From NCBI GenBank assembly GCA_022793655.1, contig JAAWDG010000009.1, positions 57,405 to 121,404 of the forward strand: a DNA stretch of 64,000 nt, read 5' to 3'. Position numbers and translations under genes: made by a program. The stretch is from Clostridiales bacterium. Its GTDB lineage: Bacteria > Bacillota > Clostridia > Oscillospirales > CAG-272. This document shows positions 30,552 to 40,465 of the stretch, one piece after another (the first letter of the stretch is position 1; each line of letters opens with the position of its first letter). Under the pieces are notes generated by a model. That model had not been told where the DNA came from and did no database searches. It worked only from the letters and a program-made list of their open reading frames with translations.

Positions 30552-30983
30552 GTGATCAAATTGACACGACAGAAATCTTATACCATGAAAGAAACATGCG
30601 AAAGGACAGGCTTGACCTATGACACGCTGAAATTTTATTGCAATGAAGGATTAATTCCAAATGTAAAAAGAGACAAGAATAACTATCGAATGTTCAGCGA
30701 CAGAGAGATTGAATGGATTAAAAGTTTGTCTTGCCTTAAGAATTGCGGCATGAGTATTGTGGAAATGAAGCAATATTTGGCGCTTTGTTTACAAGGGGAA
30801 CAGTCAATTCCTGAACGGAAAATTATTTTGGATCGAAAGCTGGAAGAATTAGAAAATAAAATACAAGAGGTGCAGACGAGTATTCATTATATCCACTCAA
30901 AACATCAATTCTATGATGATGTTTTGAGTGGAAAGGTTCAATATTTTAGTTATGTTATGCCGCTTGAACCCAAAGATGAATGA
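30552..30983 (+). CDS. MerR family transcriptional regulator
   Basis: HTH YTMKETCERTGLTYDTLKFYCNEGLIP followed by a coiled-coil. Divergent from the AKR-flavodoxin pair. The start is uncertain (GTG 30552 or ATG 30585). Confidence 0.85.
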   Translation: MIKLTRQKSYTMKETCERTGLTYDTLKFYCNEGLIPNVKRDKNNYRMFSDREIEWIKSLSCLKNCGMSIVEMKQYLALCLQGEQSIPERKIILDRKLEELENKIQEVQTSIHYIHSKHQFYDDVLSGKVQYFSYVMPLEPKDE

Positions 30984-31003
30984 TGGTTGTTATTTGTATA
31001 TCT

Positions 31004-31035
31004 AAAAGAGCGCGTCGTCTGACGCGCTCTTTTTA
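31004..31035. terminator. Bidirectional terminator
   Basis: aaaagagcgcgtc-gtct-gacgcgctcttttt. Overlaps the stop codon of the minus-strand GDPD gene. Confidence 0.75.
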
Positions 31036-31848
31036 ATGTTCTTTATTATACAGGCCTTCAAAAACGAAGGAATCAAATATTTTTTGTGCTTGGTCTAATT
31101 CTTTTTCTGAGCGCACGGTCCAGCCTATGGTGGGCGTGCCCATGTATTTTACCAGACGAAAGCCAAGCGGTTTTGTATTGTAGGTGCCATAAGCAATAAA
31201 ATCAGGCCGTCCTAAAAAGTTGATTAGCAAATGCTTCATGATGAAGGTGTGCTTATCTGGTTTGGTGAAAGCTTCTGATAACTGCCCACGAATCACCTCC
31301 GGTTGGTTTTTCATAAACCAGCGCAGTGCAAAGGGGGAAAAGGATTCGATGCAGTAAGGTCCCTTGTATTGTTTTAAAATAGCATCCGTTTTGCGGCATA
31401 GTTCATCCATATTTTTGTAGCTGTCATCGATTTTTAGTTCGCAAAGAATCGGTACGCCGTCAAGCACCTCAAGCGCTTCGGCGAGCAGCGGAATTTTTTC
31501 GGTGGTATTGTCGAGCGGTAAGGTGCGCAGTGTTTCGTAGTCTGTTTGCCTTACGGTTTGCTTTTTGCCGCAAAGGCGTTCTAATGTATTGTCATGAAAA
31601 ACGACGACTTGGCCGTCTTTGGTTAAACGGACGTCTAATTCAACCGCAAAGTCTTGTTCTTTTGCCTGCCGGAAGGCGGATAGCGAATTTTCGGGAATGC
31701 CGGCTTCACGGTTATATAGTCCTCGGTGCGCAAACAGACGGTGGGTAAAAGGCGCCATCCCGGTTCTTGTTTTCGCCGGTGAAATCAGAAAAAAGAATAG
31801 AAGGCCAAGAACGAAAAAGAGAAGCAAGAGAATGGCAATAAGTGACAT
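31033..31848 (-). CDS. Glycerophosphodiester phosphodiesterase family protein (N-terminal TM)
   Basis: FAHRGL...ENSLSAF...ELDVRLTKDGQVVVFHDNTLERL are GDPD motifs. Confidence 0.85.
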   Translation of the reverse strand: MSLIAILLLLFFVLGLLFFFLISPAKTRTGMAPFTHRLFAHRGLYNREAGIPENSLSAFRQAKEQDFAVELDVRLTKDGQVVVFHDNTLERLCGKKQTVRQTDYETLRTLPLDNTTEKIPLLAEALEVLDGVPILCELKIDDSYKNMDELCRKTDAILKQYKGPYCIESFSPFALRWFMKNQPEVIRGQLSEAFTKPDKHTFIMKHLLINFLGRPDFIAYGTYNTKPLGFRLVKYMGTPTIGWTVRSEKELDQAQKIFDSFVFEGLYNKEH

Positions 31849-31988
31849 AGAAACCTTCCTTCCTGCCGCATGAGAAGTACTTATATGATTGATTTAGGCG
31901 GCATGCTATGTTTAATAAGAAATATTTACATTTATTATAATATGAAGGGGTTATAAAAGCAACTCGAATAAGGCCGATTTTACCGTTA

Positions 31989-32837
31989 TTAAAATATATC
32001 TTTAAAGCCTTCGCCATAGGTTTCAGAACAATCGGCTATCATCATAAAGGCTGCGGTGTCTGCTTGCATAACCGCTGTTTTAGCGGTATAAAGCTGCATG
32101 TTTTTTACCACGCTGATTAAAATTCCCTTTGTTCGGTCGGTGTGATAGCCATAGCCCTTAATCACGGTAACCCCTCGTTCTAACTGGGTTAAAGCCTCGG
32201 CAACTGCATCAGTTTGCTCGGTAACAATGATAAACAACTTGGTTTTATCGGCCCCTGAAAGAAATAAGTCTACCACTGAGGTTTGAATATAGATGGTCAG
32301 GGCCGAATAAAAAATGCCCATATATGATTTTAGCAAGAGAGCGGCGCCTAAAATGACAAATACATCGACCATAAAAATTAATTTGCCAGTGGATATCTTT
32401 TTCCATTTCTTTTTGCAGAGGAATGCGAGCAGATCACTGCCGCCGGTAGTATAGCCCCGCGTGAAGAGCAGGCCGCAGCCACAGCCCATGACGCCCCCGC
32501 CGATCCGCGCGCATAGAAAAGGATCAGTCACCGTGACGGGAAAAAAGGTAAGTGTGTCGACAAAAACAGAGGTAATGATAACCCCGATGGCCGATTTTAA
32601 AATAAACCGCCAGCCATTAACAAACACGTTGGCGAAGATGAGGGGAATATTAATTAAAAGGATTAAAAGACCAACGTCGAAACCGAACCGGATGTTGAGT
32701 GCGGCCGCGATACCGGTTACGCCGCCTTGCACAACGTCGGCCGGAAGTAAAAACATGTTTAATGAGGCGGCAAATAATACAGCGCCAATGATGACAATCA
32801 TCGTTTCATTTAAAATCGAATAAATCTTTTTTTTCAT
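31989..32837 (-). CDS. YitT family membrane protein
   Basis: 5-TM N-terminal domain plus a C-terminal soluble DUF2179-like domain (TVIKGYGYHT...). Confidence 0.75.
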   Translation of the reverse strand: MKKKIYSILNETMIVIIGAVLFAASLNMFLLPADVVQGGVTGIAAALNIRFGFDVGLLILLINIPLIFANVFVNGWRFILKSAIGVIITSVFVDTLTFFPVTVTDPFLCARIGGGVMGCGCGLLFTRGYTTGGSDLLAFLCKKKWKKISTGKLIFMVDVFVILGAALLLKSYMGIFYSALTIYIQTSVVDLFLSGADKTKLFIIVTEQTDAVAEALTQLERGVTVIKGYGYHTDRTKGILISVVKNMQLYTAKTAVMQADTAAFMMIADCSETYGEGFKDIF

Positions 32838-33044
32838 TGGTTCATCCTAACTGTAATAGGTTTGAAGGGAACTTTTAAAGATAGTATCGCCTTAAATGAC
32901 TTGATTTTTACATATTCATATAATATAATTAAAGAAAAATATTGATTTTTTGCGGCCTGTCGGTGAAATCAAAGATTGAAGCAATCGCAGATTGTTTTTG
33001 ATAGCAGATAAAATTTGTTTATGAAATAAAAAGAAGGGAAACAC

Positions 33045-33509
33045 ATGTCGGAAAAACAAAAAAAGATTATCGCACAGAATAAAAAAGCCCGGCATGATTA
33101 TTTTGTAGAGAATACTATTGAGGCGGGTATCGTACTTTCAGGAACAGAGGTTAAGAGCCTGCGGGCTGGCGGCTGTAATTTGAAAGATGGTTATTGTCAT
33201 GTTGACCAGGGTGAAATGTGGGTCGAGGGCATGCATATTAGTCCCTATGACCATGGCAATATTTTTAATCTTGATCCGCGGCGGCGGCGCAAATTGCTGT
33301 TACATAAAAAAGAGATTATGAAGCTTCTTGGTTTGGTGGGCCGACAGGGCTATACGTTGGTTCCTCTCTCGCTCTATTTTAAAAATGCAAAAGTCAAAGT
33401 GGAAGTGGGGCTTTGCAAAGGTAAAAAACTATATGACAAGCGGGAGGCCGACGCCAAGCGTCAGGCTGGCCGCGAAATGGAACGATACGAAAAAAACAGA
33501 ATCAAATAA
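33045..33509 (+). CDS. smpB: SsrA-binding protein
   Basis: [12 protein letters not shown]...GTEVKSLR...LLLHKKEI is canonical SmpB. Confidence 0.95.
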   Translation: MSEKQKKIIAQNKKARHDYFVENTIEAGIVLSGTEVKSLRAGGCNLKDGYCHVDQGEMWVEGMHISPYDHGNIFNLDPRRRRKLLLHKKEIMKLLGLVGRQGYTLVPLSLYFKNAKVKVEVGLCKGKKLYDKREADAKRQAGREMERYEKNRIK

Positions 33510-33607
33510 ATAGAATCAATTGTTGCAGATACCTGATAAGGAAATCATTTAGAAAGCATTAAACATATTGCATTGTCGGGCATCGCAAAGGAAATCATAA
33601 AAGATGA

Positions 33608-33644
33608 ATACCGAGAAAAACGGTTAGTTTTTCTCGGTATTTTT
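33608..33644 (+). terminator. Intrinsic terminator after smpB
   Basis: ataccgagaaaaa-cggttag-tttttctcggtat plus TTTT. The loop contains the stop codon of the converging CDS. Confidence 0.7.
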
Positions 33645-34166
33645 ATGAATGCTCAATACAGCGCTTACATCGCCGTCGCCTAGAATGGATTTAAGGGTAT
33701 CTTGTGAGATGTTCTTTATTTTGCCAAGTCTTGTAAAATTCCAAGAATTTGTATCGTAGTAAATAACGAATTGATTTCCTTGATACAAAATGAGGTCGCC
33801 CGCTTCGGTTGTAATTTGTTCATCATTTGTTACAAGCGAAGTGCCAAGTTCGCCGACCTTTTCAAAATTGCCGTAATCGCTCATCTCGATTGTCAGGTCG
33901 TTTTCTCGAAGCAGCGCTAAAAGCGCTTTTGCGCTGGTATTATCTGCAAGCTCGGCTTCCAAAACAGAATTTCCGATTTTAATATAGAGTATCCGTTCTG
34001 TGTTCAAATCATTTTCCGTATGGCTTTCGGCGTATTCCTTTTGCTCGATTTTCGGTGTGCTTGAAGAATTTTCAGTTTGTATTTTATTGTCTGTTGGGGC
34101 ATTTGAGGCACACCCCGGTAAGACAATAAAGATAAATAGTAATAAAAGTGATAATAATTTTTTCAT
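33624..34166 (-). CDS. Cyclophilin-like fold lipoprotein
   Basis: MKKLLSLLLLFIFIVLPGC signal/lipobox. C-terminal domain IGNSVLEAELADNTSAKAL...GDLILYQGNQFVIYY is typical of the cyclophilin-like family. The track start at 34256 is too early. Confidence 0.65.
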   Translation of the reverse strand: MKKLLSLLLLFIFIVLPGCASNAPTDNKIQTENSSSTPKIEQKEYAESHTENDLNTERILYIKIGNSVLEAELADNTSAKALLALLRENDLTIEMSDYGNFEKVGELGTSLVTNDEQITTEAGDLILYQGNQFVIYYDTNSWNFTRLGKIKNISQDTLKSILGDGDVSAVLSIHKNTEKN

Positions 34167-34177
34167 AACCATCAAAA

Positions 34178-35353
34178 CTATAAACACATTTTGTAAATTG
34201 CTTCGACATCGGCAGGAGCAAGTTCTTTGGGACCCGATATGACAGAGCCTGCGCAAGCGTGATTGGCCATAGCTTTAAAGTGCTTTTCATCAATGCCTAA
34301 ATCAGAAAGATTTGCTGTTAACCCAAGTGTATTAAAGCAGAAATTCGCAACGGCTTCAATCGCTTTTTTTGCTCCATTCATGGCAGAGAGATTTTGGGGA
34401 ATGTCAAACACTCTTACGCCGAGACGGTAAATAGCGGGGGCTGTTGTTTCGTTCAAAATATACGCAAGCCAGCGAGGTGTGACGATAGCAAGACCATGAC
34501 CATGTGTGATGTCATAGTATGCGGAAAGCTCATGTTCCATAGCGTGGCAAGCGCAGCCATGGACCGTTCCTGCGTCAAGAACGGTGTTGAGCGCCATCGA
34601 AGAAGCCCACATGAGATTTGCTCTTGCTTCGTAATGATCAGGTTCTTTCATAGCAATAGGCGCCCATTTTACAACGGCACGCATAACAGCTTCCTGAAAC
34701 TCCAAAATCATATCAAAGGTTGCGTCGCCCGCAAGATAGTAGTTGTCTAAAACGTGGTTGAAAATATCAAATGCTCCACAAGCGGTCTGATAGGTCGGAA
34801 GTGAAAAGCTAAGCTCGGGATTCTCAAAAGCAACTTTCGGAATCAGAGCGCTGCCGCCAAGACCGATTTTTTCGTTTGTGTCCATATTTGAAATGACTGC
34901 CCAAGCGTCCATTTCAGAGCCGGTTGCAGCGTTTGTGAGAATGGCCACAATCGGTAAAGCTTTTGTTACCCAAACCTGATTTGATACAAGAGGCCAAACA
35001 TCTCCGCTTTCGGTTACCGCCGCCGCTGCAACCCCCTTTGCACAATCAATTGTAGAGCCGCCGCCAACAGCTAAGATAACATCAATATTTTCATTTTTGC
35101 AGATTTGGGCACCCTTGTTCGCCGTTGTATGGCGCGGGTTCGGTTCTACCCCGGCAAGTTCAAATACGGTTAAGTCGTTTGCTTTTAGCAATTCGGTAAT
35201 GGTGTTATAGAGGCCGTTCTTTTTAATAGAGCCGCCGCCGTAAACAAGAAGAACCTTTTTGCCGAATTTTAAAAGTTCTTCAGGCAAGTGTTCAAGCTGA
35301 TTTTTACCGAAATATACTTTATCGGGATTGTGAAAAATAAAATCGTTTATCAT
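34178..35353 (-). CDS. Iron-containing alcohol dehydrogenase (butanol dehydrogenase/YqhD-like)
   Basis: GGGSTIDCAKG, a His cluster (HAMEHELS...HGHGLA), and a TAAGGAG RBS before ATG 35353. Confidence 0.9.
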   Translation of the reverse strand: MINDFIFHNPDKVYFGKNQLEHLPEELLKFGKKVLLVYGGGSIKKNGLYNTITELLKANDLTVFELAGVEPNPRHTTANKGAQICKNENIDVILAVGGGSTIDCAKGVAAAAVTESGDVWPLVSNQVWVTKALPIVAILTNAATGSEMDAWAVISNMDTNEKIGLGGSALIPKVAFENPELSFSLPTYQTACGAFDIFNHVLDNYYLAGDATFDMILEFQEAVMRAVVKWAPIAMKEPDHYEARANLMWASSMALNTVLDAGTVHGCACHAMEHELSAYYDITHGHGLAIVTPRWLAYILNETTAPAIYRLGVRVFDIPQNLSAMNGAKKAIEAVANFCFNTLGLTANLSDLGIDEKHFKAMANHACAGSVISGPKELAPADVEAIYKMCL

Positions 35354-35363
35354 TATTTTCTCC

Positions 35364-35903
35364 TTATAAATTAATTCCTGTTTCATAGGCTTCTTTTAAA
35401 GCGGTATGACCATTTATATCGCCTGCGTCACTCACGCCGCCTGCAAAAATTGTTTTTTTAAACTCTGCTTTCTCGAAGCAGTCAACCCAACCCTGCACCG
35501 TTGTTTTTGTCCCGTGAACCGTTTCGGGTGCATCCTCGGCGGCGGTTGCAAGCAGATAAACAGCACGGAATTGATAGTCTGAAGAAAAAAGCGGATTGGC
35601 CCGGTCAAGCAGGGTCTTGAGCTGGCCGCAAACACTGTAATAATAAACGGGGGTGGCAAATACGAGTACATCGGCGTTCAGCATTTTTTCGACAATCTCT
35701 CGGCTGTCATCATCCATAACGCATATCAGCGTCTTATTACAGGCGAGGCACCCTTTGCAAAAGTTGATGGTTTTTCCCGCGAGGCTTATTTTCTCTGCAT
35801 GGTGTCCTGCTTCCTTGGCGCCTTTCAAAAATTCATCGGCGAGTGCTTCAGAATTACTACCCTTACGCAGACTTGATGAGATAATCAGTATATTTTTGTT
35901 CAT
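35364..35903 (-). CDS. Flavodoxin-like fold NAD(P)H-dependent FMN reductase / iron-sulfur flavoprotein-like protein
   Basis: ILIISSSLRKGSNSE, a Cys cluster FCKGCLAC, and ATPVYYYSVCGQLK. Confidence 0.75.
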   Translation of the reverse strand: MNKNILIISSSLRKGSNSEALADEFLKGAKEAGHHAEKISLAGKTINFCKGCLACNKTLICVMDDDSREIVEKMLNADVLVFATPVYYYSVCGQLKTLLDRANPLFSSDYQFRAVYLLATAAEDAPETVHGTKTTVQGWVDCFEKAEFKKTIFAGGVSDAGDINGHTALKEAYETGINL

Positions 35904-35921
35904 GATTCTCTGACTCCTTTA

Positions 35922-37412
35922 TTAGTACCAATCATGTTTTTCGTTTCTGTCTAATGCGGCGATATCTTTCATTTCTTTTTCGGTTAATTCAAAATCAAAA
36001 ACAGAAATGTTTTCAAGAATATGGTCGGAATTGCTTGACCCGGGGATGGCCACAACCCCTCTTTGCAGATGCCAGCGTATCATAACCTGTGCTGAGGAAA
36101 CGCCATGTGCATCGGCTATCGTTTTGATGGTTTCATCTCCTATCAGTTCTTCCGTATGGCCTCTGCCGCCAAGAGGATACCACGCTTGCATAACAATGCC
36201 GAGACCATGCATATATTCAACGACTTCTTTTTCCTGATAGTAGGGATGAATCTCATTTTGCACAAGCGCAGGTTTGATATTGACTTGTGATAAAAAATCG
36301 TCAATTTCCTCTATATACCAGTTGGAAAGACCGAGAGATCGAATTTTGCCCTCTGTCACGAATTTCTCCATAGCAATATAGGCTTTTACATCATTTTCTC
36401 CTGGATGGTGCAGAAGCATCATATCTATATAATCAATGCCAAGTTTGTCGAGTGCGTCCTGAATGGCTTTTTCGGGATTTTGAAATTGCTCGCCGGGATA
36501 GATTTTTGTAATAACAAAAATTTCTTCCCTCGGCACATCGGATGCACGAATCGCTTCACCAATTTCTTTTTCATTGCCGTACATATATGCCGTGTCAATC
36601 AGACGAACGCCGTGATTTAATGCGGCCGTAACGGCGTTTTTTACAGTATCACCTTTCAAAGAATAGGTGCCAAGCCCCAAAATTGGCATTTCATAGCCGC
36701 TGTTCAGCATAACCGTTGGTGCTTTGCCATTTTCGCCTGAGGCAAGAGCAAAGGAAGAGACATCTTTTGCTGCAGTTGCTTGATTTATCGTATCTAAATG
36801 CAGGCTTGTGAGCCATTCAGCAATTTCGGATTTCGCCGCGTTTCTCGAAAACCGATGTCCATCTTTCCAATCAGCAGAATCTGAAACAAGCGTGTGCAAA
36901 TCACGGTCGCTTGAACCGATTCCACTACTGTGAGATGTGCAAAACGGTACAATGGTTTTTCCTGAAAAATCGTAGCTTTCAAGAAAGGTACTGATGATTC
37001 TTGGTGCTTGACCGTGCCAAATTGGATAGCCAAGCAGAATTGTATCATATTGCTCGAAATTCTCAATGCTGCCTGAAATAGCCGGTCGTACCGTAGAATC
37101 GTTCTGCTCACGATCAGCCCGACCGTTTGTATAATAAGTCAAATCTTCTTCCGAATAAGGAATTTCTGGCACAATCTCATAAATATCTGCGCTTAGAATA
37201 TCGGCTGCATATGTAGCAACTTGTTCGGTTGTACCTGTACAGGAAAAATAGACAACTAACATTTTGTTTTCTTGTTTTGTTTTTTCGGTTGATGTTGTGG
37301 CTTCTGTTGGCTTGTCGGAACTTTCAGAAGGTATATTGGATTCTGATTTGCAAGCACTTAACGACAATAATGTTATCATTGCCAAAAACAATGAAATCAG
37401 TTTTTTCATCAT
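35922..37412 (-). CDS. Lipoprotein fusion: flavodoxin-like domain plus aldo/keto reductase domain
   Basis: MMKKLISLFLAMITLLSLSAC lipobox. Residues ~50-205 are paralogous to CDS 28835-29521. Residues ~240-496 are an AKR (MPILGLGTYS, IDTAYMYGNE, LHHP). Confidence 0.8.
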   Translation of the reverse strand: MMKKLISLFLAMITLLSLSACKSESNIPSESSDKPTEATTSTEKTKQENKMLVVYFSCTGTTEQVATYAADILSADIYEIVPEIPYSEEDLTYYTNGRADREQNDSTVRPAISGSIENFEQYDTILLGYPIWHGQAPRIISTFLESYDFSGKTIVPFCTSHSSGIGSSDRDLHTLVSDSADWKDGHRFSRNAAKSEIAEWLTSLHLDTINQATAAKDVSSFALASGENGKAPTVMLNSGYEMPILGLGTYSLKGDTVKNAVTAALNHGVRLIDTAYMYGNEKEIGEAIRASDVPREEIFVITKIYPGEQFQNPEKAIQDALDKLGIDYIDMMLLHHPGENDVKAYIAMEKFVTEGKIRSLGLSNWYIEEIDDFLSQVNIKPALVQNEIHPYYQEKEVVEYMHGLGIVMQAWYPLGGRGHTEELIGDETIKTIADAHGVSSAQVMIRWHLQRGVVAIPGSSNSDHILENISVFDFELTEKEMKDIAALDRNEKHDWY

Positions 37413-37439
37413 AATGCTCCTTCTTTCTTTATTGAAAAC

Positions 37440-38024
37440 TTAATTATCTGCATTCGTATTGATATTTTTTATCTTTATGGCAGGGATACCGCCCGCGACA
37501 ACATTGGCAGGAACATCTTTGGTAACAACAGCACCTGCTGCTATTACGGCATTATCGCCTATGATAACACCCGAAAGAATTGTTGCATTGGCACCAATCC
37601 AAACATTTTTTCCTATGATTATTGGGGCAGGAATAACTGTTTTACGATTTTCGGGTGTTAAATCGTGATTAAGCGTTGCAAGTACAACATTGTGTCCAAT
37701 CTGTGTGCTGTCGCCGATCATAATGCCGCCTTGGTCTTGAAAGTGACAGCCGGCGTTAATAAATACATTTTTGCCGATATGAATGTTCTTGCCGCAGTCT
37801 GTATAAAACGGTGGAAACAGAGTAAAGGTTTCATCAACCTGTTTGCCAATCAGTTCCGAAAATAAACTGCGAATTTCGGCTTGTTCGTGATAGGAAGCGT
37901 TTAACTTGGCTGTAATTTTACGTGCTTCATCGCTGAGTTTAGACATCATATCTCGGATCGCTGTGCCGACAGGAGCAGGCGTCCCTTGGTTCATATAAGA
38001 TACAAATTCTTGTGTGTTCATCAT
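37440..38024 (-). CDS. Sugar O-acetyltransferase (maltose/galactoside acetyltransferase-like, left-handed beta-helix)
   Basis: Mac-type N-terminus plus hexapeptide repeats ([31 protein letters not shown]). ATG follows GCGGAGGA. Confidence 0.85.
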   Translation of the reverse strand: MMNTQEFVSYMNQGTPAPVGTAIRDMMSKLSDEARKITAKLNASYHEQAEIRSLFSELIGKQVDETFTLFPPFYTDCGKNIHIGKNVFINAGCHFQDQGGIMIGDSTQIGHNVVLATLNHDLTPENRKTVIPAPIIIGKNVWIGANATILSGVIIGDNAVIAAGAVVTKDVPANVVAGGIPAIKIKNINTNADN

Positions 38025-38217
38025 ATCCTCCGCTTCTTTTCTCATCTATCATTTTAATCGAATAACATTTGGAAAGCAAATACTTATATCAAATACCCTG
38101 ATATGCTTTACGAGCATAATAAAAGATGATATAATGAAGACATCCAAGCGAGAGGAACAGAACCAGATGCGTTCCCACATTTTATTGATATAGTGACGCG
38201 GCAAAGGAGCATTGTAT

Positions 38218-39108
38218 ATGGAGTTAAGAGTGCTGCAGTATTTTTTGGCAGTTGCCAGAGAACAAAGTATTTTAAAAGCATCGGAAGCGCTGCATTTATC
38301 GCAGCCTACCTTATCAAGGCAATTAAGAGATTTAGAGGCGGAACTGGGAAAGCAGTTGTTTATCCGCGGAAATCGAAAAATTACTTTGACAGAAGAAGGT
38401 GTGCTGTTCAGAAAAAGAGCCGAAGAAATTATTGATTTGGTCAAAAAAACCGAAAATGAAATCATGCTTTCTGAAGATAGCATAGCAGGCGATATATATA
38501 TTGGGGCGGGGGAGACAGATGCCATTCGTCTTATTGCACGAACAGCAGCCAAATTGCAAGCGGAACATCCGTTGCTTCATTATCATATTTTCAGCGGAGA
38601 CTCACAGGATGTGCTTGAACGATTAGACAAAGGCCTGCTTGATTTCGGCATTGTATTTAATCCGACAGATTTGTCAAGCTACCATCACATCAGCATTCCT
38701 AAAATAGACAGATGGGGCGTGCTGATGCGCCAAGATGCTCCGCTTGCGAAGAAAGATTCGATTCGTCCTGAAGATTTATGGGATAAACCGTTGATTCTTT
38801 CGCGTCAGCAGAAAGAAGGAAGCGAGCTTTCTCTTTGGCTAAAAAAAAGTTTTTCAGAGCTTAATATTGCTGCAACTTACAATCTTTTATTTAACGGTTC
38901 TTTAATGGTTGATGAAGGACTTGGATATGCTTTATGCTTGGATGGTATTATCAATACAAGCGGTCATAGTCATCTTTGCTTTAAACCATTGGAACCAGCT
39001 TTAACACTCAGTATGAATTTAGTGTGGAAAAAGTATCAGGTCTTTTCAAAGGCTGTCCAGCAGTTTCTTGAGCAGTTAAAATCGGAGATTGAAAGATTTT
39101 GGCTTTAG
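38218..39108 (+). CDS. LysR family transcriptional regulator
   Basis: MELRVLQYFLAVAREQSILKASEALHLSQPTLSRQLRDLE HTH. Divergent from the 38024-33624 cluster. Confidence 0.9.
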   Translation: MELRVLQYFLAVAREQSILKASEALHLSQPTLSRQLRDLEAELGKQLFIRGNRKITLTEEGVLFRKRAEEIIDLVKKTENEIMLSEDSIAGDIYIGAGETDAIRLIARTAAKLQAEHPLLHYHIFSGDSQDVLERLDKGLLDFGIVFNPTDLSSYHHISIPKIDRWGVLMRQDAPLAKKDSIRPEDLWDKPLILSRQQKEGSELSLWLKKSFSELNIAATYNLLFNGSLMVDEGLGYALCLDGIINTSGHSHLCFKPLEPALTLSMNLVWKKYQVFSKAVQQFLEQLKSEIERFWL

Positions 39109-39283
39109 GATAGTCATATAAAATAAAAGACATTGTCTATCCTTATTGGCTCCCTAAAAGAATGCAGATGCTGGCAAGTCTGCATTTCAAACAAGCGGTG
39201 CTAAGCGTAAAAATATTTGAGGCATTGTGTGAACTGTATGAAATTTATGGGGTAAACTCTGCAGGAATGCCGTTTCGCGACAT

Positions 39284-39317
39284 AAAAAAACGGTGCCCTG
39301 TTTTGAGGTTGCACCGT
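39284..39317 (-). terminator. Intrinsic terminator of CDS 39366-40208
   Basis: On the minus strand: acggtgc-aacctcaaaacaggg-gcaccgt followed by T7. Confidence 0.65.
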
Positions 39318-39365
39318 AATTTACATAGGATTTTTTGATGGAATTTGCCCAGTATTTAGATTTTT

Positions 39366-40208
39366 TTAATGCACTTGAATCAGCGAAATGAGTTTTTCAA
39401 AATTCGCCTTTAAGTCATGCAGTGTTTTGCCGCCTTTGTCGCCATGGCGACTGCCGATTTCATAGTTATAATAGCCTTGATACCCCGTATCATGGAGCGC
39501 ATTCATAATTTTGACCCAGTCGTTGTCTCCATCGAACGGGAAAAGATGCCGCTCATCCACGAAATCATAATCGCTGATATGTAATGTGATGAGGCGGTCA
39601 CCTACTTCTTGCTTAAGATGATAGATGTGTGCGGCGTTGTCTGGCTTGGTTCCTTTCCACGGCAGAAAATGGTTGAGGTCAAAACAAGTTTTGAGCGAGG
39701 GCACTTTTTGCAGCATGCGGATCATTTCTTCACTGGTATTGCAAAGACAGGTGCGGGGCAGATTTTCTGCCGCTAAAGAAAGTCCGACTTCACCCGCAAA
39801 TTCACATAAAATATGTAAGCTTTCTTCACTGCGGCTCAAATAATCGCTCCTATCCTTATCCTCAATCGGTTCGCTGGAGGGATGGATCACGCACAGAATA
39901 ACGCCTAATTTGGCGGCTCTTTCCATGATCTGTTTATCAATGTCAATAGAATGCATGCGGAGCGCTTTGTCGGGGTGGGATATATTTTGTTCTGCGCCAA
40001 ACGGCAGATGCAAAGAACGAAGTTCTACTCCTTCTTTGGTGCATTCTTCCTTTATTCCTTCTAAATCATATTGCTCTAAATGCGCCGGATTCATACCAGC
40101 GATTTCCATGGCATCAATGCCTGCCTCTGCATAAAAATGAACGATATCCGGCACTGTTCTTCCAAAAAATGCGGTTGAAGCACTCACTTTGTAAGCATTT
40201 TTGTTCAT
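39366..40208 (-). CDS. Sugar phosphate isomerase/epimerase (xylose isomerase-like TIM barrel)
   Basis: AP-endonuclease-2/TIM-barrel pattern (…LHLPF…, VIHPS…, …LAAENL…, LHISDY). The start is uncertain (40208, 40220 or 40310). Confidence 0.7.
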   Translation of the reverse strand: MNKNAYKVSASTAFFGRTVPDIVHFYAEAGIDAMEIAGMNPAHLEQYDLEGIKEECTKEGVELRSLHLPFGAEQNISHPDKALRMHSIDIDKQIMERAAKLGVILCVIHPSSEPIEDKDRSDYLSRSEESLHILCEFAGEVGLSLAAENLPRTCLCNTSEEMIRMLQKVPSLKTCFDLNHFLPWKGTKPDNAAHIYHLKQEVGDRLITLHISDYDFVDERHLFPFDGDNDWVKIMNALHDTGYQGYYNYEIGSRHGDKGGKTLHDLKANFEKLISLIQVH

Positions 40209-40465
40209 GCTATACTCCATTCTACCGTCATCAGGTGCGGTTGTTTTTATATTATTTTGTGTATTGTTTCCTTGTTCATCGATTGTATAATGCTTTATGC
40301 AATCTGTCAAGCTTTTATTCGGAATCTTCCAAAATTTTCACCCATTCTTCACAAACATCATGTATAATAAAAAAGATTTGTTTTGTGTTCTTAGTAAATG
40401 CACTATATTTGTATAGCAGGATAGGATGCTTTTGCTATTACCGATATGAAAAGGAGGAATCTCTG

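Noticed and set aside
31712-32017. A 101-aa minus-strand ORF spanning the GDPD/YitT intergenic region.
   Set aside because: It overlaps the 5' end of the GDPD gene and the 3' end of the YitT gene. It has no RBS and an implausible composition.
33510-33620. I looked for tmRNA (ssrA) immediately downstream of smpB.
   Set aside because: Only ~110 nt separate smpB from the converging CDS, and a terminator occupies that space. No tRNA-like acceptor/T-arm or tag reading frame is visible, so ssrA must be elsewhere.
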